DNA of 63,378 nucleotides, filler included, from Reclinomonas americana ATCC 50394 (lineage: Eukaryota), in NCBI GenBank assembly GCA_048213135.1. It is 14 parts of 14 records of this genome, joined end to end, with 100 filler letters (N's around TTAATTAATTAA, not from the genome) between each part and the next. Parts side by side here need not be neighbours in the genome. Positions count along the whole stretch, not along the records: positions 2,673 to 13,169 come from AFZH01017017.1; positions 13,270 to 23,032 come from AFZH01017018.1; positions 23,133 to 27,731 come from AFZH01017019.1; 11 more parts are not named here. The stretch is one strand, 5' to 3'. The notes beneath the pieces are model-generated. The model searched no databases, was not told the origin of the DNA, and worked only from the letters and a program-made list of their open reading frames with translations. Positions 12,871-25,300 of this stretch are shown here, in pieces; the stretch's first letter is position 1; each line of letters begins with the position of its first letter. The position numbers and the translations under genes were made by a program.

Positions 12871-13402
12871 CTCTCTTACAACAAAAGATGATTGGGTGAA
12901 ATCAGGACATTTGGACGGACAGACGGCGATGACTCATGCCGAGTGCGTTGTGTTTTTTGTGTGATTGCTTGTGTGTTGCGCGTGCGTGCCTTTTTGTCAT
13001 GGAATTCTGTGAGGCTTTCGTCAGACCGCGAACTCTGCCGCTGGTCCGCCAATGGATCGATCACTTGTTGCGTTGTTTTCATGGTGTTCTCGGACTCGGC
13101 ATGTACTGACTCTCTTCTCTTCTCTTCCTCTCTTGCTATCTTCCTCTCTCTCTCTCTCTCTCTCTCTCTNNNNNNNNNNNNNNNNNNNNNNNNNNNNNNN
13201 NNNNNNNNNNNNNTTAATTAATTAANNNNNNNNNNNNNNNNNNNNNNNNNNNNNNNNNNNNNNNNNNNNCTTCTCTCACTTCTGCTCTTTCGTGCTCTCT
13301 CTCTCTTCATCCTCCTTCGTCTCCCTCCCTCTCCTTCTGTCCTTCTCTCCTCTCTCTCTCCCTCCCTCTCTCTCTTCTTCTCTCTCTTCTTCTTCTATAC
13401 AG

Positions 13403-14443
13403 TGCGGAGCCCGCGCAGTTGACGCACTTTCGCACACTGTGTCAGCAGCTTGCGGAGTATGTGCAGCGGTTGGACGATGAGGTGGCGGGCGAGTGGAAGG
13501 TGGCCACCATGACGCGGGTGTATGGGCAGGCACCGTTTCAGCGCATGTATAAGCTGGTGCAGGTGTGTCACTGGGGAATAGGGGAAGGAAGGGCGAGGGG
13601 AGATGCATGGGAACGTTCTCTGTTAGTGTTTCGGAGGAAATGAGCGAGAGAGCACGCGTGCGAGGAGATCGAGAAGTCCTCTCTTCTTCTCTCACACACT
13701 GTCTGTGTGCTTGGACGTGTTGTGCGCGTCTGGAAGGAGAAGCGCGAGTCAGTGAGAGAGATGTGAAGCTGAGGATTGCTCACTTATTCTCTTGCACAAG
13801 CTGTGTACTCGCATGTGTGTCAATGGGCGTATCTTGGAGATAAAGACAGCGTGAGAAATCGTGCGAGGTGATCGTGAAGTCCTGCATCTCTCTCTCCTTC
13901 TCTCACACACTCTCTGTGTGCTTGGGCGCGATGTGCGCGTCTGGAAGAGAAGCGCGAGTCAGCGAGAGCAAGAGAACGCGTGAAGATCAGGATGTTTCTC
14001 TTTCTTCTCTTCTCCCCCTTTGCTCTCCCCGCACAAGCTGTGTGTTTGCATGTGTGTCAATGGGCGTGTCTTGGAGATAAAGACAGCGTGAGAAATCGTG
14101 CGAGGAGATCGGAATGTCCAGTGTCTCTTTCTTCTCTCTCGCTCGCCTTCTTTCTCACTGTCTGTCCTCCTTCTCCTCATCATTATTCTCTCATGCTGTG
14201 TGCTACGACATGTGTGGCTCGGAGGAGATGAGAGAGAGAGAGAGCGAGTGGGATGATACTGGAAGTCCAGTATCTCTCTCATTTCTCAATCCATTCTTCT
14301 CTTCTCTCCTTCACGCACACTCTCTCCATCGCACTCAGTGTGCTGGTACATATTTAGTATCTCAGAGGGACGCGAGAGGGATCATGACTTACATGCAAGT
14401 CCTGTATCTCTCTTACCGTCTCTCTGCTCTTCTCTTCCTTCGC

Positions 14444-14518
<75 letters not shown>

Positions 14519-17500
14519 CCTTCCGTGCACCCTCCCTTTGCCGTTCGTGTTTCCTGTCTGTCGGGGAAACTTATGAGAGTCGCTTTGAAATACTGACCTT
14601 TGCATTTTTCCGTAAACAGACCTATGCCAGCGAGGTGTTGACCCCGGAGGCGGCGGTGCAAGTCGGCGGCTTGCTGACGTCGCAGAGTTCACCCGATTTG
14701 GAGGCGTTCCGCAAGCTGTTTGTCAACATTACGCTGACGGTGGAGCGGAAGCGGGGGTCTGGACCGACGACCTCGGCCGAGCATTTTAGCGATGTGAGTT
14801 TTGTGAGGGGAATTTGAGGGGAAAGAGATGAGGAAAGGGAAGGGGAAGGGGAAGGGCGGATAGGGTTGGAGGTGCATGGATCACGGCAGCCGAGACTTAA
14901 GGAGAGTGTGTGCAAGGAATGAGGCACGTGGTTTGTAATTGCCGAGTGGCCGGTGTGCAACTAATGAGGAAATTCGGTGGAGGAACTGCACGGTAGCTGA
15001 TACCGACGACAGTGCGCGAGCGAGGCACGGGGCGCGTGGCTCACGAGTGAGACGTGAGGACAGTATGCAACGAATGAGAAATCAGGGTGGAGATCTTCAC
15101 GACAGCTGAGACTCGAGGGTAGTGTGCAAGAGGTGGGAAAGAAGGGTGTATCAGTATTCACGGCAACTGAGGAGAGCGTTCGTGACAAGGGGACATAGTA
15201 TGGAGCGAGATACTCGTTGCAGAATGCGTGGGGAACGGAGATCATTTGGGAGAGAGGGCAAGAGAGACCTGCGAAGATCGGTGGCGCACATGAGTGAGCT
15301 GTGGAGAAAGAGCACTTAGACAGTTGAATTTTAGGGGACTGGAGAATGGCTGCATGTGGATAGAAGCATTGAAGACGAGAAGTGTGGCACGCGGTGGGAG
15401 AGAAGCAGTCACCTCTCCTCTCTCTCCTTTTCTTTCTCTCCTCCCCCCCTCTCTCTCTCTGACCATTCGCCTTCCCACACAGGTCAACTACCTCACCAAG
15501 CGACAGGAGAGTCTGGCCAACGCCCACGTCACCCGCGCACTCGCCGCCAAGACGCAACCTGCCGCCGCCACGGCGCCACCGGAGATTGACATGTCGAAGC
15601 GTTGCGTGATACACCATGTTTTTGCCTCCCATGATGCCGCGAGACTTAACGCTTCCACAGCCGTACCACCGCCGACCACCCACTTGAAGACATTCCAGGA
15701 CTGGAAGTCATCGCCACCCGACCGCGCGAAGCGAGTGTACTCGACCAAGGCGCCGTATGCACTGGCCGTGGTCAAGGACAGCTCCACGACAGAGACGAAT
15801 GCCTCGTTTGTCAACTACACACGGTCGCAGCGCGCCGACGTCACGTCGGAGCAGTCAAATCGACACTTCACCACGGCCGCTCTCGGTCGCTGCATTGGTG
15901 CGTCGGCAGTTGTGTGCACGGAGGTGGATGTCTATGCTCATCTATTCTCTCTCACGCAGGCCAGCGACCGGAGACACCCGACGATGTGCGCGATCTGCGC
16001 GAGACACTGCCGCAGCGTGGCACGTTTGTGGATCAAGTCTCGCGGTTGAATGCCGAGTCCGACGCCACACGCACGCAACACGGCGCGCTTCCGAGTGATG
16101 CAGCGTCGACTGCCTCGCGGTCCGCTGTCGCTCGTGAGCCGGGATACTATGAGACGCTGCGCGCGAAGTTCGACAAGGAGGTGGAGGTGGAGGTGAGTGA
16201 TTGGGAAAGGGGGTTGGAAAGGGAAAGGGGGTTGGGGGGAAAGGGGGAGGACAAAGAGGGAAAGGGGGAAAGGGGCAACGGGAGGGAAAGAGGGGATGGG
16301 GAGAGGAAGAAGGGAAAGAGTGAGGAGAGGAAGAGGAAGGAGTGTAATAGAGAAGGACAGGGGAAGAGCAGAAGTGACAAGAGAGGAATCAGCATGGAGA
16401 CAAGGAGAAGGAAGAGCGAAGACGAAAGATGGCAAGAAAAGCGAAGATAAGAAGGGAATTTCGGAAGAAGAACAGGAAAGGTTGTATTTGGACGGCTAAC
16501 GGATGTGGGAAAAGAAGAGTAGGGGACAAAGGAAACAGACAGCAGAGAAGGAAGAGGGAAGATGGCTGAAGGAGGAGCGGAGAGACCAGAATGGAGGCAA
16601 TGGGATGGGAGAGAAAGAAGGCGAAGACAACTGGTTTACAGGGAGAAGGGAAACAGATAAAAGCACGGAGACACCGAACAGAGAGTGGAGAACAGCGAAT
16701 GGAAATCAGAGAGTGCGTTGGGAGAGGAGAACCGAGATCAGAAGGGGGATGGAGATCGGAGAGCAGAGAAGAAGGAGGAGAAAGAGAGCGGCGAAGCCTG
16801 GAGAGTGATTTGAAATCAGCGAAAGAAGAACGGAGAAGCTAGTTGAGTGAATGTAATGGAAAAGCAGTGATCGGCAAGACTCAGCAAAGAAGAGAAATGA
16901 AGAGTGACAGCCGAAGGGAGAAGGGAGAAGAGAAACCTGGAGTGTTATTGGAGATCGGCGAAAGAAGAAGAGAGAAGCTAGTTGAGAGAACGCAAGGGAA
17001 GAGCAGTAATCGGAAAGGAGTCAGCGGAGAAGAGAGACAAAAAAGCCGAAGGGAGAAGAGAGAAGAGAAGCCTGGAGTATGACACGAAATCAGCAAAGAG
17101 CGAAAGAAGACCACAGAAGCCTGTTGAATGAAACGCAGTGATCGCAAAGGAGGAAAGTGCAGAGAAGAGAGACGGAAGAGTGACAGCCGAAGGGAGGAGA
17201 GAGAAGAGAAATATGGAGAGCAGGTGAGAATGACAGCTGATGGGAGAAAGACGGAAGAGAAACCTGGAAGGCGGCAAGAGAAAGCAGAAGAGAGGTAGAC
17301 AAATCATCATAGAGAGTCGGAGAATGCAAGTGAGCGTTCAAGAGAGGCTGTGATAGGCAGTCGTCATGCTCTCCCTTCGCAGCCTTTCCTCATGTCTTTC
17401 CCTCTCTCAGAAACACGCCGGCGGCGAGGGCCGATCAGCCACATTCTACGGACGCACGTACAAGAGGCACGACCCGGCGCTGGTGGCCAAGCTGCGCCCG

Positions 17501-17629
17501 AAGCCATTCAAGCCCAACAAGACCAAGGCTCCGTACGACACGCACACCGTGATGCGCCAGTATGTGTCCGAGCAGGCGGATAACTTTACGACGGAGCACT
17601 CGGTGGCGTCGGCGCACATGCTGCGATGA
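13403..17629 (+). CDS. Hypothetical protein (5'-partial, at least 5 exons)
   Basis: GT-AG bounded coding-like exons at 13403-13562, 14620-14793, 15483-15897, 15960-16192 and 17411-17629 (…KHAGGEGRSATFYGRTYKRHDPALVAKLRPKPFKP…NFTTEHSVASAHMLR*). No family recognised. Confidence 0.6.
13720..14110 (+). repeat. Imperfect intronic tandem duplication (~210-240 bp period)
   Basis: TGTGCGCGTCTGGAAG.GAAGCGCGAGTCAG and GCATGTGTGTCAATGGGCGT.TCTTGGAGATAAAGACAGCGTGAGAAATCGTGCGAGG each occur twice. Confidence 0.8.
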
Positions 17630-17852
17630 GAGGGCTGGGCGCGGGAAGTACGTCGTTCCCGTCGACAAAAAGGAGATATTTGTAATGTGGAAATGATAAA
17701 AAACAGAAGAGCGAACAATGTGGAGCAGATTTCCAATGTCAGCGCACACTGTTTCACTCCGTGCATCAACACGACACACAAGAACGAAAAAAGCAACAGT
17801 GCGTCTAGACCCTCCTCTGCTGCTGCTGCTGCTGCTTTGGCGGCGGCGGCAA

Positions 17853-20800
17853 TTACAGCTCAAACTTGGTGGAGGCCTTCTCCTTAAGGAAGGCGAGGAA
17901 GCCGTCGACCTCACGGCCGCCCTCGTACACAATCGGCTTGTCCTTGGCATTGCCGGGGAAGAAGTAGATAGTGGGGAAGCCACGCACGGCGATGCCGGTC
18001 TGCGGCGGCGCGTCATTCAGCGTCGAGTCGACCTTGGCGATGACAACAGAGTCCACGCCCTTCAGCTTCTCGGCCAGCTCGGCGTACTTGGGCTCCAGGG
18101 TCTTGCAGTGGCCGCACCCTATGGAGAGGAAAAGGGCGAAGTGAGAAGGGGTAAGAGGAGAAGGGGGAGAAAAGGGAAAGGGAGAAGAGAGAGGGGGGGA
18201 GTGAAGAGGAGAAGGGGAGAGCGGAGGAAAAGAGGAGACCAGACAACACTGTGCCTGTTCACAGTCAATCTTTCCTCTTGATGGGCATAGAGAAGGAGGG
18301 AGGCACAGCCAGGGAGAGGACACCGCATGAGAGAATGAAAGTCAGATATGAGAGAGACTACTGCTCTCATTGCCTTTTGATGCGATGAAACGGAGGACGA
18401 CAAAAGAAGGCAAGGCAGACTGCGAGTAAGACACAGATATAACCAGCAAATAAAATGATCGAGAAAGAAACATGTAACGAAGGACGAGAGAATAAGAAAG
18501 AAAGACATACAAAGAGACAGGGCGAAACTAATTCTCTCCTTCTCCTTGATGCGACTGACGGGCAAGAAAAAGTCATGACAAGACGGAGAATATCACAGGA
18601 GCGAGAACGAAAGGCGACACAAGGAGAGGAAGAAGAAGACAGAGACAGGAAGATAGACTGATAGATAAAGAGGGGTAGAAGACAGAAAGGCAGATAGTGT
18701 AGGCAAAGAGAGAGTGAGAGAGTAAGTCAACAAAGAGCTGACAAGAAACAGAAGGCCTGCCTGACAGAGCAAGGACAGCCCCTTCCATTGATCTGCGACG
18801 CAACAGGGAGCGTAGAACTCGACCAGCACATCCTTGTCGTTGTTGAGCACGATCTCGTCGAAAGTGCTGCCGACGACCACCTTGACCGGCTCGTCGTTGC
18901 TCTCCGGCACCGGGGCCGAGCGCACGTGCGAGGTCAGGCGGCCATTGGACCAGTCGTCGAGGAACTTGTCGAGGTTGGCGGCGTTGACGTCGTCGTTCAA
19001 CGGGTACTTCCACGACCGCTCCTGGTCGTCGACGGCAAAGGCCGGCAAGCGCTTCTCGTCCAGGCCCAGGCGGGAGCGGTGCGAGGCGAACTTGTCGCTG
19101 AGCGTAGGAAGGAGAAGTGAGCACACTGAAAAGAGGTCTCTCTACTGCTGATCACTCAACTTGTTCAGGTACACAAAGGTCAGCTTGCCCTCGTACTTCT
19201 TGGCGGTGGGGATCAGGGGGTCGATCACCAGACCCGGCGTGCGCAGCATGTCGGACGACACAAAGAGCACGGCCAGCGGGCGCTTGGTGGCGAGGTAGCT
19301 TTGGGCGTTCTCCATCGTCAGCTCACCCTGCACAACAAAACAGATGTGAGACACAGAGGCACGCCAAGGGAGAGTATGTGTGTGACAAACGCACCCAGAA
19401 CGGAATCGAGGCGTCGCTGAGGAAGGAGATAATGGCGGCGGATTCGACAAACGAGCCCGTGTACTCGGCGGGCTTCTTGCGATCAAAGTGGCGGTGGACG
19501 CGGATCATCGGGAACTTGCTGACGGCCAGCTGCTCCGCAAGGGCGGGATCGGTCACCATGCCGAAGCGCATCTTCTCGCGCTGGTCGTTGGCCACGTTGC
19601 GGAACATGGTGCCGTCGAGGGACTCGGCCTCCACGAAGCCAATGGCGGCCAGTGAGTTCTTGTCCTGGAACTGCGCGACCTCCGTGCCGGAGTTGAGGAT
19701 GACGAAGGCGGGGCCGGTTTGGCTGCAAGGGGGAAAGGGGAAGGGGGAAGGGAGGTTAGAAAAGGAAAAATAAGAAATGACGGCCGCGAAGCGGCTGTCA
19801 CAAGAAGGAGAAGGAACGGAAGTGCAGAGTCAAGAGACGAGGCAACAGAGATTAAAAATGACGGCCGCGAAGCGGCTGTCACACCAGGAGAACCGACGTT
19901 GCGTGCGACGAGTTGGAAGCAGAGAGTGGAGAATGTGAGGGCAGCAAGAACTCAGAATGACGGCCGCGAACGTTCGCGGCTGTCAATTCAGGAGAACGCC
20001 ACAATGCGTGCAGAATGATTCACGCAGGCAGTGGAGGGCACGAGCCATGGAAGAACTCAGATTGACGGCCGCGAAGCGGCTGTCTGGAAAAGAAAAAGCG
20101 AAAAACGCGTGTAGTGCTTCAAGTAGATGAAAGCGAAAGCGCTGAACCGTGCGTGCTTGGAGATAGTGTGACGAAGTGCTGCATCGAGATCTAAATGACA
20201 GCCGCGAAGCGGCTGTCACATCAGGAGAAGAAGTGATTTGTGCAAGTGTTTAAGTCACCAAAGGAGAGCAAAGCACTGAACACGATCCGATGAGCACAGT
20301 ACAAGAATCAAATCGGACATGACAGCGGCAGTCAAGAAACGAGAGCTGGTTGGGAGATGAGGGCACATAACAGGCGAGAGAGAGAGACTGAGAGAAACAG
20401 ACAACGAGAGAAAAAGAAAGACAAGTAACAGAGAACAGAAAAAACTCGGAAACAGATGGAATACCAGTACCAGTCACGCGATAAGCGATGCCCAACTCGA
20501 GAAAAAAAGAGAGAAAGTAAGAAAGGGAGCGACAGAGAGGAGAGAATATCTGTGAAGTAAAGTGGAGGCGACCAGCAACAATCAGGACATAAGGAGTAAA
20601 TATGAGGCAAGAGAGAATAGAAAGAGACAGTGAAAGAGGAAGAGAAAGAGAAAAGAGCGAGAAAACGCAAGCAAGCAAGCGAGCAAACAAAGAAACAAGT
20701 GAGAAAGAAAGAAGGCACTACGAATGAAGAGCGCACCACCCATTTACGTGCAACATACCCCACCTTCCTCTCTCTCCCCTCCCTTCCCTTTCCCCAAACC

Positions 20801-22005
20801 CCTTCTCCCCCACCACCCTTCCCCTTCCTCACCCATCAATGTAACGCTGAAGAGCATCATACGTGCGCTCGCCGCTGTAATCCTTCGGCGTGTCAATGCC
20901 CTTGATGAACAGCTTCAGCGACGGGAAACCGGTGACGTCGTAGCGCTTCTGCTCAACCAAACAACATTATCAGTGACATATCACACTTTTCGTCATCCTT
21001 CTCCTTCATGCACGCAACGGCGAGATCCTTCTCAATGGTGGCATCGAGCTTGCAGATCTTGGCGCCGAGCTCGGGCTGGCGGTTGTAGTGCGCCGCCAGC
21101 TTCTGCCAGTCGGGCGCGAGCTTCTTGCAGTGACCGCACCCTGTCGCACAAGTGAGTGACGCGAGATAAGAAGCTCTTTCCAGCAAGGGGTGCCAACGCA
21201 ACAAGGAGCTGTGCAAATCACGCGCGTGTGTGTAAGTCAAGGGAGTCGTGACAGAGAGCCAACAAGGAGAAGAAGAGAGCGCACCGTAGAACTCGATAAA
21301 GGTGACCGACTGGCTTCCGTAGGTGACCTCCTCGTCCCAGTTGGCCTCGGTGAGCACCACCACATCGGGATCAGCGGCGTCGCCTTCGGAGTTGGAGGCG
21401 GCGGGTTTGGCGCCCGGTGCCAAGTCCGCCGCATTGATCTTCTTCTCCTTGCTGGCGGCCGACGGCGACAGCGACTCGGCCTTCAGGGACTTGACATTCT
21501 GCGAGACGAGTGACGTCAGCATGCAAGACAACAGAGAGAATCGAACGAGTGTGACATGCGCATTTGGTGTGTGCATGCGTGCGTGCGAGAGGGCGTGTGC
21601 TGCCACTCACCGCGCTAATCTCCGAGACAAGACGACGGATCTCGTCGACATTTGCCACAAGTTTCGGCAACTCCTGCACGTTGTACATACACAGAGAATG
21701 AGTTTGTCGCACACTCGCTACACACACCATGACACACGCTCATGCATGGCGAGGGGGGAGAGGGGAGAAGGGGGGCAAGCGACACGTGGCACATGCACAT
21801 CTCTCACTCTCATATTTTTCCCGTTTCTTACCTCTCCTTGCGCAGCGCCCAGCTGGTAGGTGCGGAGGCACACGCCAAAGACGGCGCCGAGGGTGGCGAC
21901 CAGGAGCAGCGAGATGAGCTTGCTGCTGCCTGCCGAGGACGATGATGACGACGATGACGCCTTGGGAGTGGACTTGCCACTGAGAGAGGGTTTGTCGCCG
22001 GACAT
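17853..22005 (-). CDS. PDI: Protein disulfide isomerase (a-b-b'-a'), two WCGHC active sites, C-terminal KFEL
   Basis: VVVLTEANWDEEV...[17 protein letters not shown] (requires the microexon), KRYDVTGFPSLKLF, b/b' exons, [40 protein letters not shown]...VRGFPTIYFF...KFEL* (TAA at 17853). ATG at 22005. Confidence 0.95.
19778..20218 (+). repeat. Five copies of hairpin TGACGGCCGC-GAA-GCGGCTGTCA with largely unique spacers in the long PDI intron
   Basis: Copies at 19778, 19859, 19958 (extended stem), 20063 and 20196 (perfect stem). Same core as the 10.3-11.6 kb array. Confidence 0.9.
21203..21208 (-). CDS. PDI: Predicted 6-nt microexon of PDI (CTCCTT) completing Ala-Pro-Trp before the first CGHC
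   Basis: The minus strand reads TTC TAC G|gtgc...gcacag|CTCCTT|gttgcgt...cgacag|GG TGC GGT CAC TGC, giving FY-A-P-W-CGHC. The flanking introns are 76 and 62 nt. Confidence 0.85.
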
Positions 22006-22327
22006 GACTCTGGCGGAGGGAGCGAGGTGAGTGGGCAGAGAGGGGAAAGAGGGGGAAGAGGAGCGACAAGTGCGCGCATGCAAACCTTTGCACAAAAAAC
22101 GAATTTGCAGTTCTTTGGCGGGAATTCAAGTGTTGTCCTGCGTGGGCGCGAAAAGCCATTCACCGCACATTTCTTGTTGTGCCAACGACACCGCAAGTGC
22201 CACGCCCTCCTGCTGGTGAGTGTCGTCTTGCCACTTGCCTGCGTTTGTTCGTCGTGCGGTTCTCTCTCTTGCTTGTATGATGCCGGGGCGCAGCGCCGTG
22301 TGTGCTCACGTTCCTGCTGTGGCAGTC

Positions 22328-25300
22328 ATGTCCGCTCGTCGCGTAACGGTAGTCTTCCTGACCATCATCTCCTTGCTGCTCTGCATCCACCACGTCAACG
22401 CAGGTGTGTGCACGTCAGAGAGCCTCCCCTCATGTGTGTTCGTGTTCGAGATTTGGGTGTGGGTGTGCGTCCCTCTGCCCGCACCTTTGCTTGACCACAC
22501 TTGCTTGTGTGCATTGCGTGTTTGTGTGCGTGGGAGATGCCGACTTGTCCCATAATCAACCCGTGATTACGCGCACACCAAGTATCATGATCTATCGCCA
22601 GTTTTTGTTTTCTGACTTGGTGCATCTTTTGCCTCTGTGTGGCCAGGCTGGTCGCCGACTGCGATTGGCGTGCCTGCCAAGACCGGTGGTGTGTCTGTCT
22701 ATTTCGCCCTCACTCCCGACACGGGCTTCGATTCCAGCTTCTCCACCGCCGGCGTTTTCCGCGATCAGGGGTGCACGGTGGCTGCTCCCACTCTGGTCTC
22801 TGCCACAACGGGCGACTCGGCCTCCACTCAGGCGTCGGTTACGTTCGACGCCTCCAGCGATCTCTCTGGCGGCGAGTACTTTTTGTGCATTGACCGGGAC
22901 GGCGTCGGCAGTGCTTCCGGCTTTGAGTTTGTCGTGCAGGTCGCAGTCTGTTGCGTCTCCTCTCCCTGCATCCCTTCCCCACACTGTTGTTAGTCTCTCT
23001 CGCTCTCTCTCCCTGCATCTCTCTCTCTCTCTNNNNNNNNNNNNNNNNNNNNNNNNNNNNNNNNNNNNNNNNNNNNTTAATTAATTAANNNNNNNNNNNN
23101 NNNNNNNNNNNNNNNNNNNNNNNNNNNNNNNNCTCCCTCTCCCTCCCTCTCTCTGTGTGCCCATCCTTCTCCTCTTGTCCCAGCGACTGATAGTACCTCG
23201 CAGACGCCGTCAAGCCTCAGCCCGACATTCACGTGGTCACCGGCCTCGCCTCCGCCACCGTCACCGTCCACGGCGACCACTTCCCGTCGGTCGGCACTGG
23301 CAACCTGGGAGCCTCGTTCCTCCTCACGAGCGATGCTGCGTGCACCACCGGCACAGTCAACACCCATGTCGTTTTGTCGCCGCTCGGCCAGAGCCCGAAG
23401 AGTCTGCGCTTCAACATCTCCACGGGCACCAACTTCAAGCAAGGCGCACTGGGCGCCGAGGCCCTCGGCACCTGCGACCTCGCCGCTCCCGGTGTCTACT
23501 ATCTGTGTGGCAGGTGTGTTTGCGCGCGTGCACTGCACACCGAGATTGTTTTGCACTGACTCCCTGTTCCTCCACCCCCCTCGCCTCGCAGTTTCCAACT
23601 GACCGGCGGCGTCGTGTGGCCCGTGCTCGGCGGACGCATCATTGTGGTGCAGTCGTCGACGCCGACAGTGTCCTTTGTCAACCCGCCGGTGCTCCAATTC
23701 GGCAAGGCGAACAACGTCTACGTCGGCTCGCCGACCACCAGCTTCACCAGCTGCACCTCGTTCAAGCTGGTGGCCTCGGGCCAGGACTGCAGCTCTATCG
23801 CCGTCTACGACACGGTGGAGGGCAGTGTCGGCGCCACCGCCACTGCGCTCGGTCCCAGTGGCTGCACGTCGCCGACCGGCTGCAGTCGCTACCGCCTGTC
23901 GGTGACTCCCAATGCAATCACCGGCGGCGTGGCCCTGAAGCTGTGTGTGGCCATCAACAACGGTCCGTATGCCGACAGCAGCGAGGCGTTGACATCGGGA
24001 TTCGACGTGCAAGTCGGAGAGCCGCTGTCGAAGATGACGCCGACGAGTGTGACGATCAAGGCGGCCACCACGGTCACCGAGAATGTCGTGCAGTTCACGT
24101 TTGATCACGACTTCTATCGTCGGCCGCGAGTGCTGCTCGGTTTGACGCAGTACAACAACAACAATGCGGGTGGGAGTGCCGGTGATACGAATGTGCATTG
24201 CGGGGAGCCTGTGGTGACGCCGCATGGGGTGAAGACGGTGTGCACGGCGATTACTGCGAGTGGGGTGCCGGTGCCGACGTATCAATTGAGTTGCGCGGAA
24301 GGGGGAAGGAAAGGGGAAGGGGGTAGAAGGGGAAGGGGGTAGAGGGGAAGGGGGTAGAAAGGGGGAAGGGAAAAGGGAAAAGGGAAAAGGGGAAGCAGGG
24401 AAGGGAAAAGGGGAAGGAAGGGGAAGGGGGAGAGGAGAGAGGAGAGAAAGAACATATATGTGTGCAGAACAAGATGAGTGGAAAGACAGGAAATGGTGGC
24501 GTGATTGGTAAGAGTGAGTGAGTGGCTGTGTGGTTGAGGAAAGGTGCAGTGAGGAAGGAAAGTGGCGGCTTGAGTGGTAAGAGTGAGTGGAGGAGACAAA
24601 GAATTTGTGAGGGAGTGAGTGAACCAATGAGTGCTTTGTGTGGGAGAGACGGGAATGAGGGAGGTTGTGTGCATGGATGGCGGCGACAAAGTGACTGAGA
24701 ATAGAGGCAGTGAATAGTGAAGGGGGTAGAAAAAGGCGTGAACTGAATGAGCGAGCGAGTGAGTGAGTAACTTTGTGGACGAGGAAAGAGGCAGTGAGGA
24801 AGGGAAGTGGAATTGACGGTACTCGTGGCTTGAATGATAAGAGTGAGTGAGGAGAGACAAAGAGTTGTGAGGGAGTGAGTGAATGAATGAGTGCTTGAGG
24901 AGAGAGGCAGTGAGCAAGAGAGTGAGATGGAAGAGACAGGTGAACGGAAAGAGTGAGTGAGTGAATGAGTGTTTGAGGAGAAATACAGGTAGTGACGGGT
25001 GTTTGTGTGGATTAAGGAGACAGGTGAACGGTAAGAGTGAGTGAAAGAATACGGGAGGAGACAGGCAGTTAAACAGAGTGTCTGTGTCGGTGAGGGAACA
25101 GAAATAAGAGGGCGTGAACGGAAAGAGTGAGCGAGTGCTTGAGGAGAGAGGCAGTGATCGAGGGAGTGTCTGTGTGGGTGAGAAGGATACAACAGAGGGC
25201 GTGAGTGGGTGTGGCGGAGACACCGAGACTGCGGGTAGATGATCGTAGGGGTGCTTGAGAAGAAGGGCAGTGACTGAGGGAGTGGGAAAGACAGAAGTGA

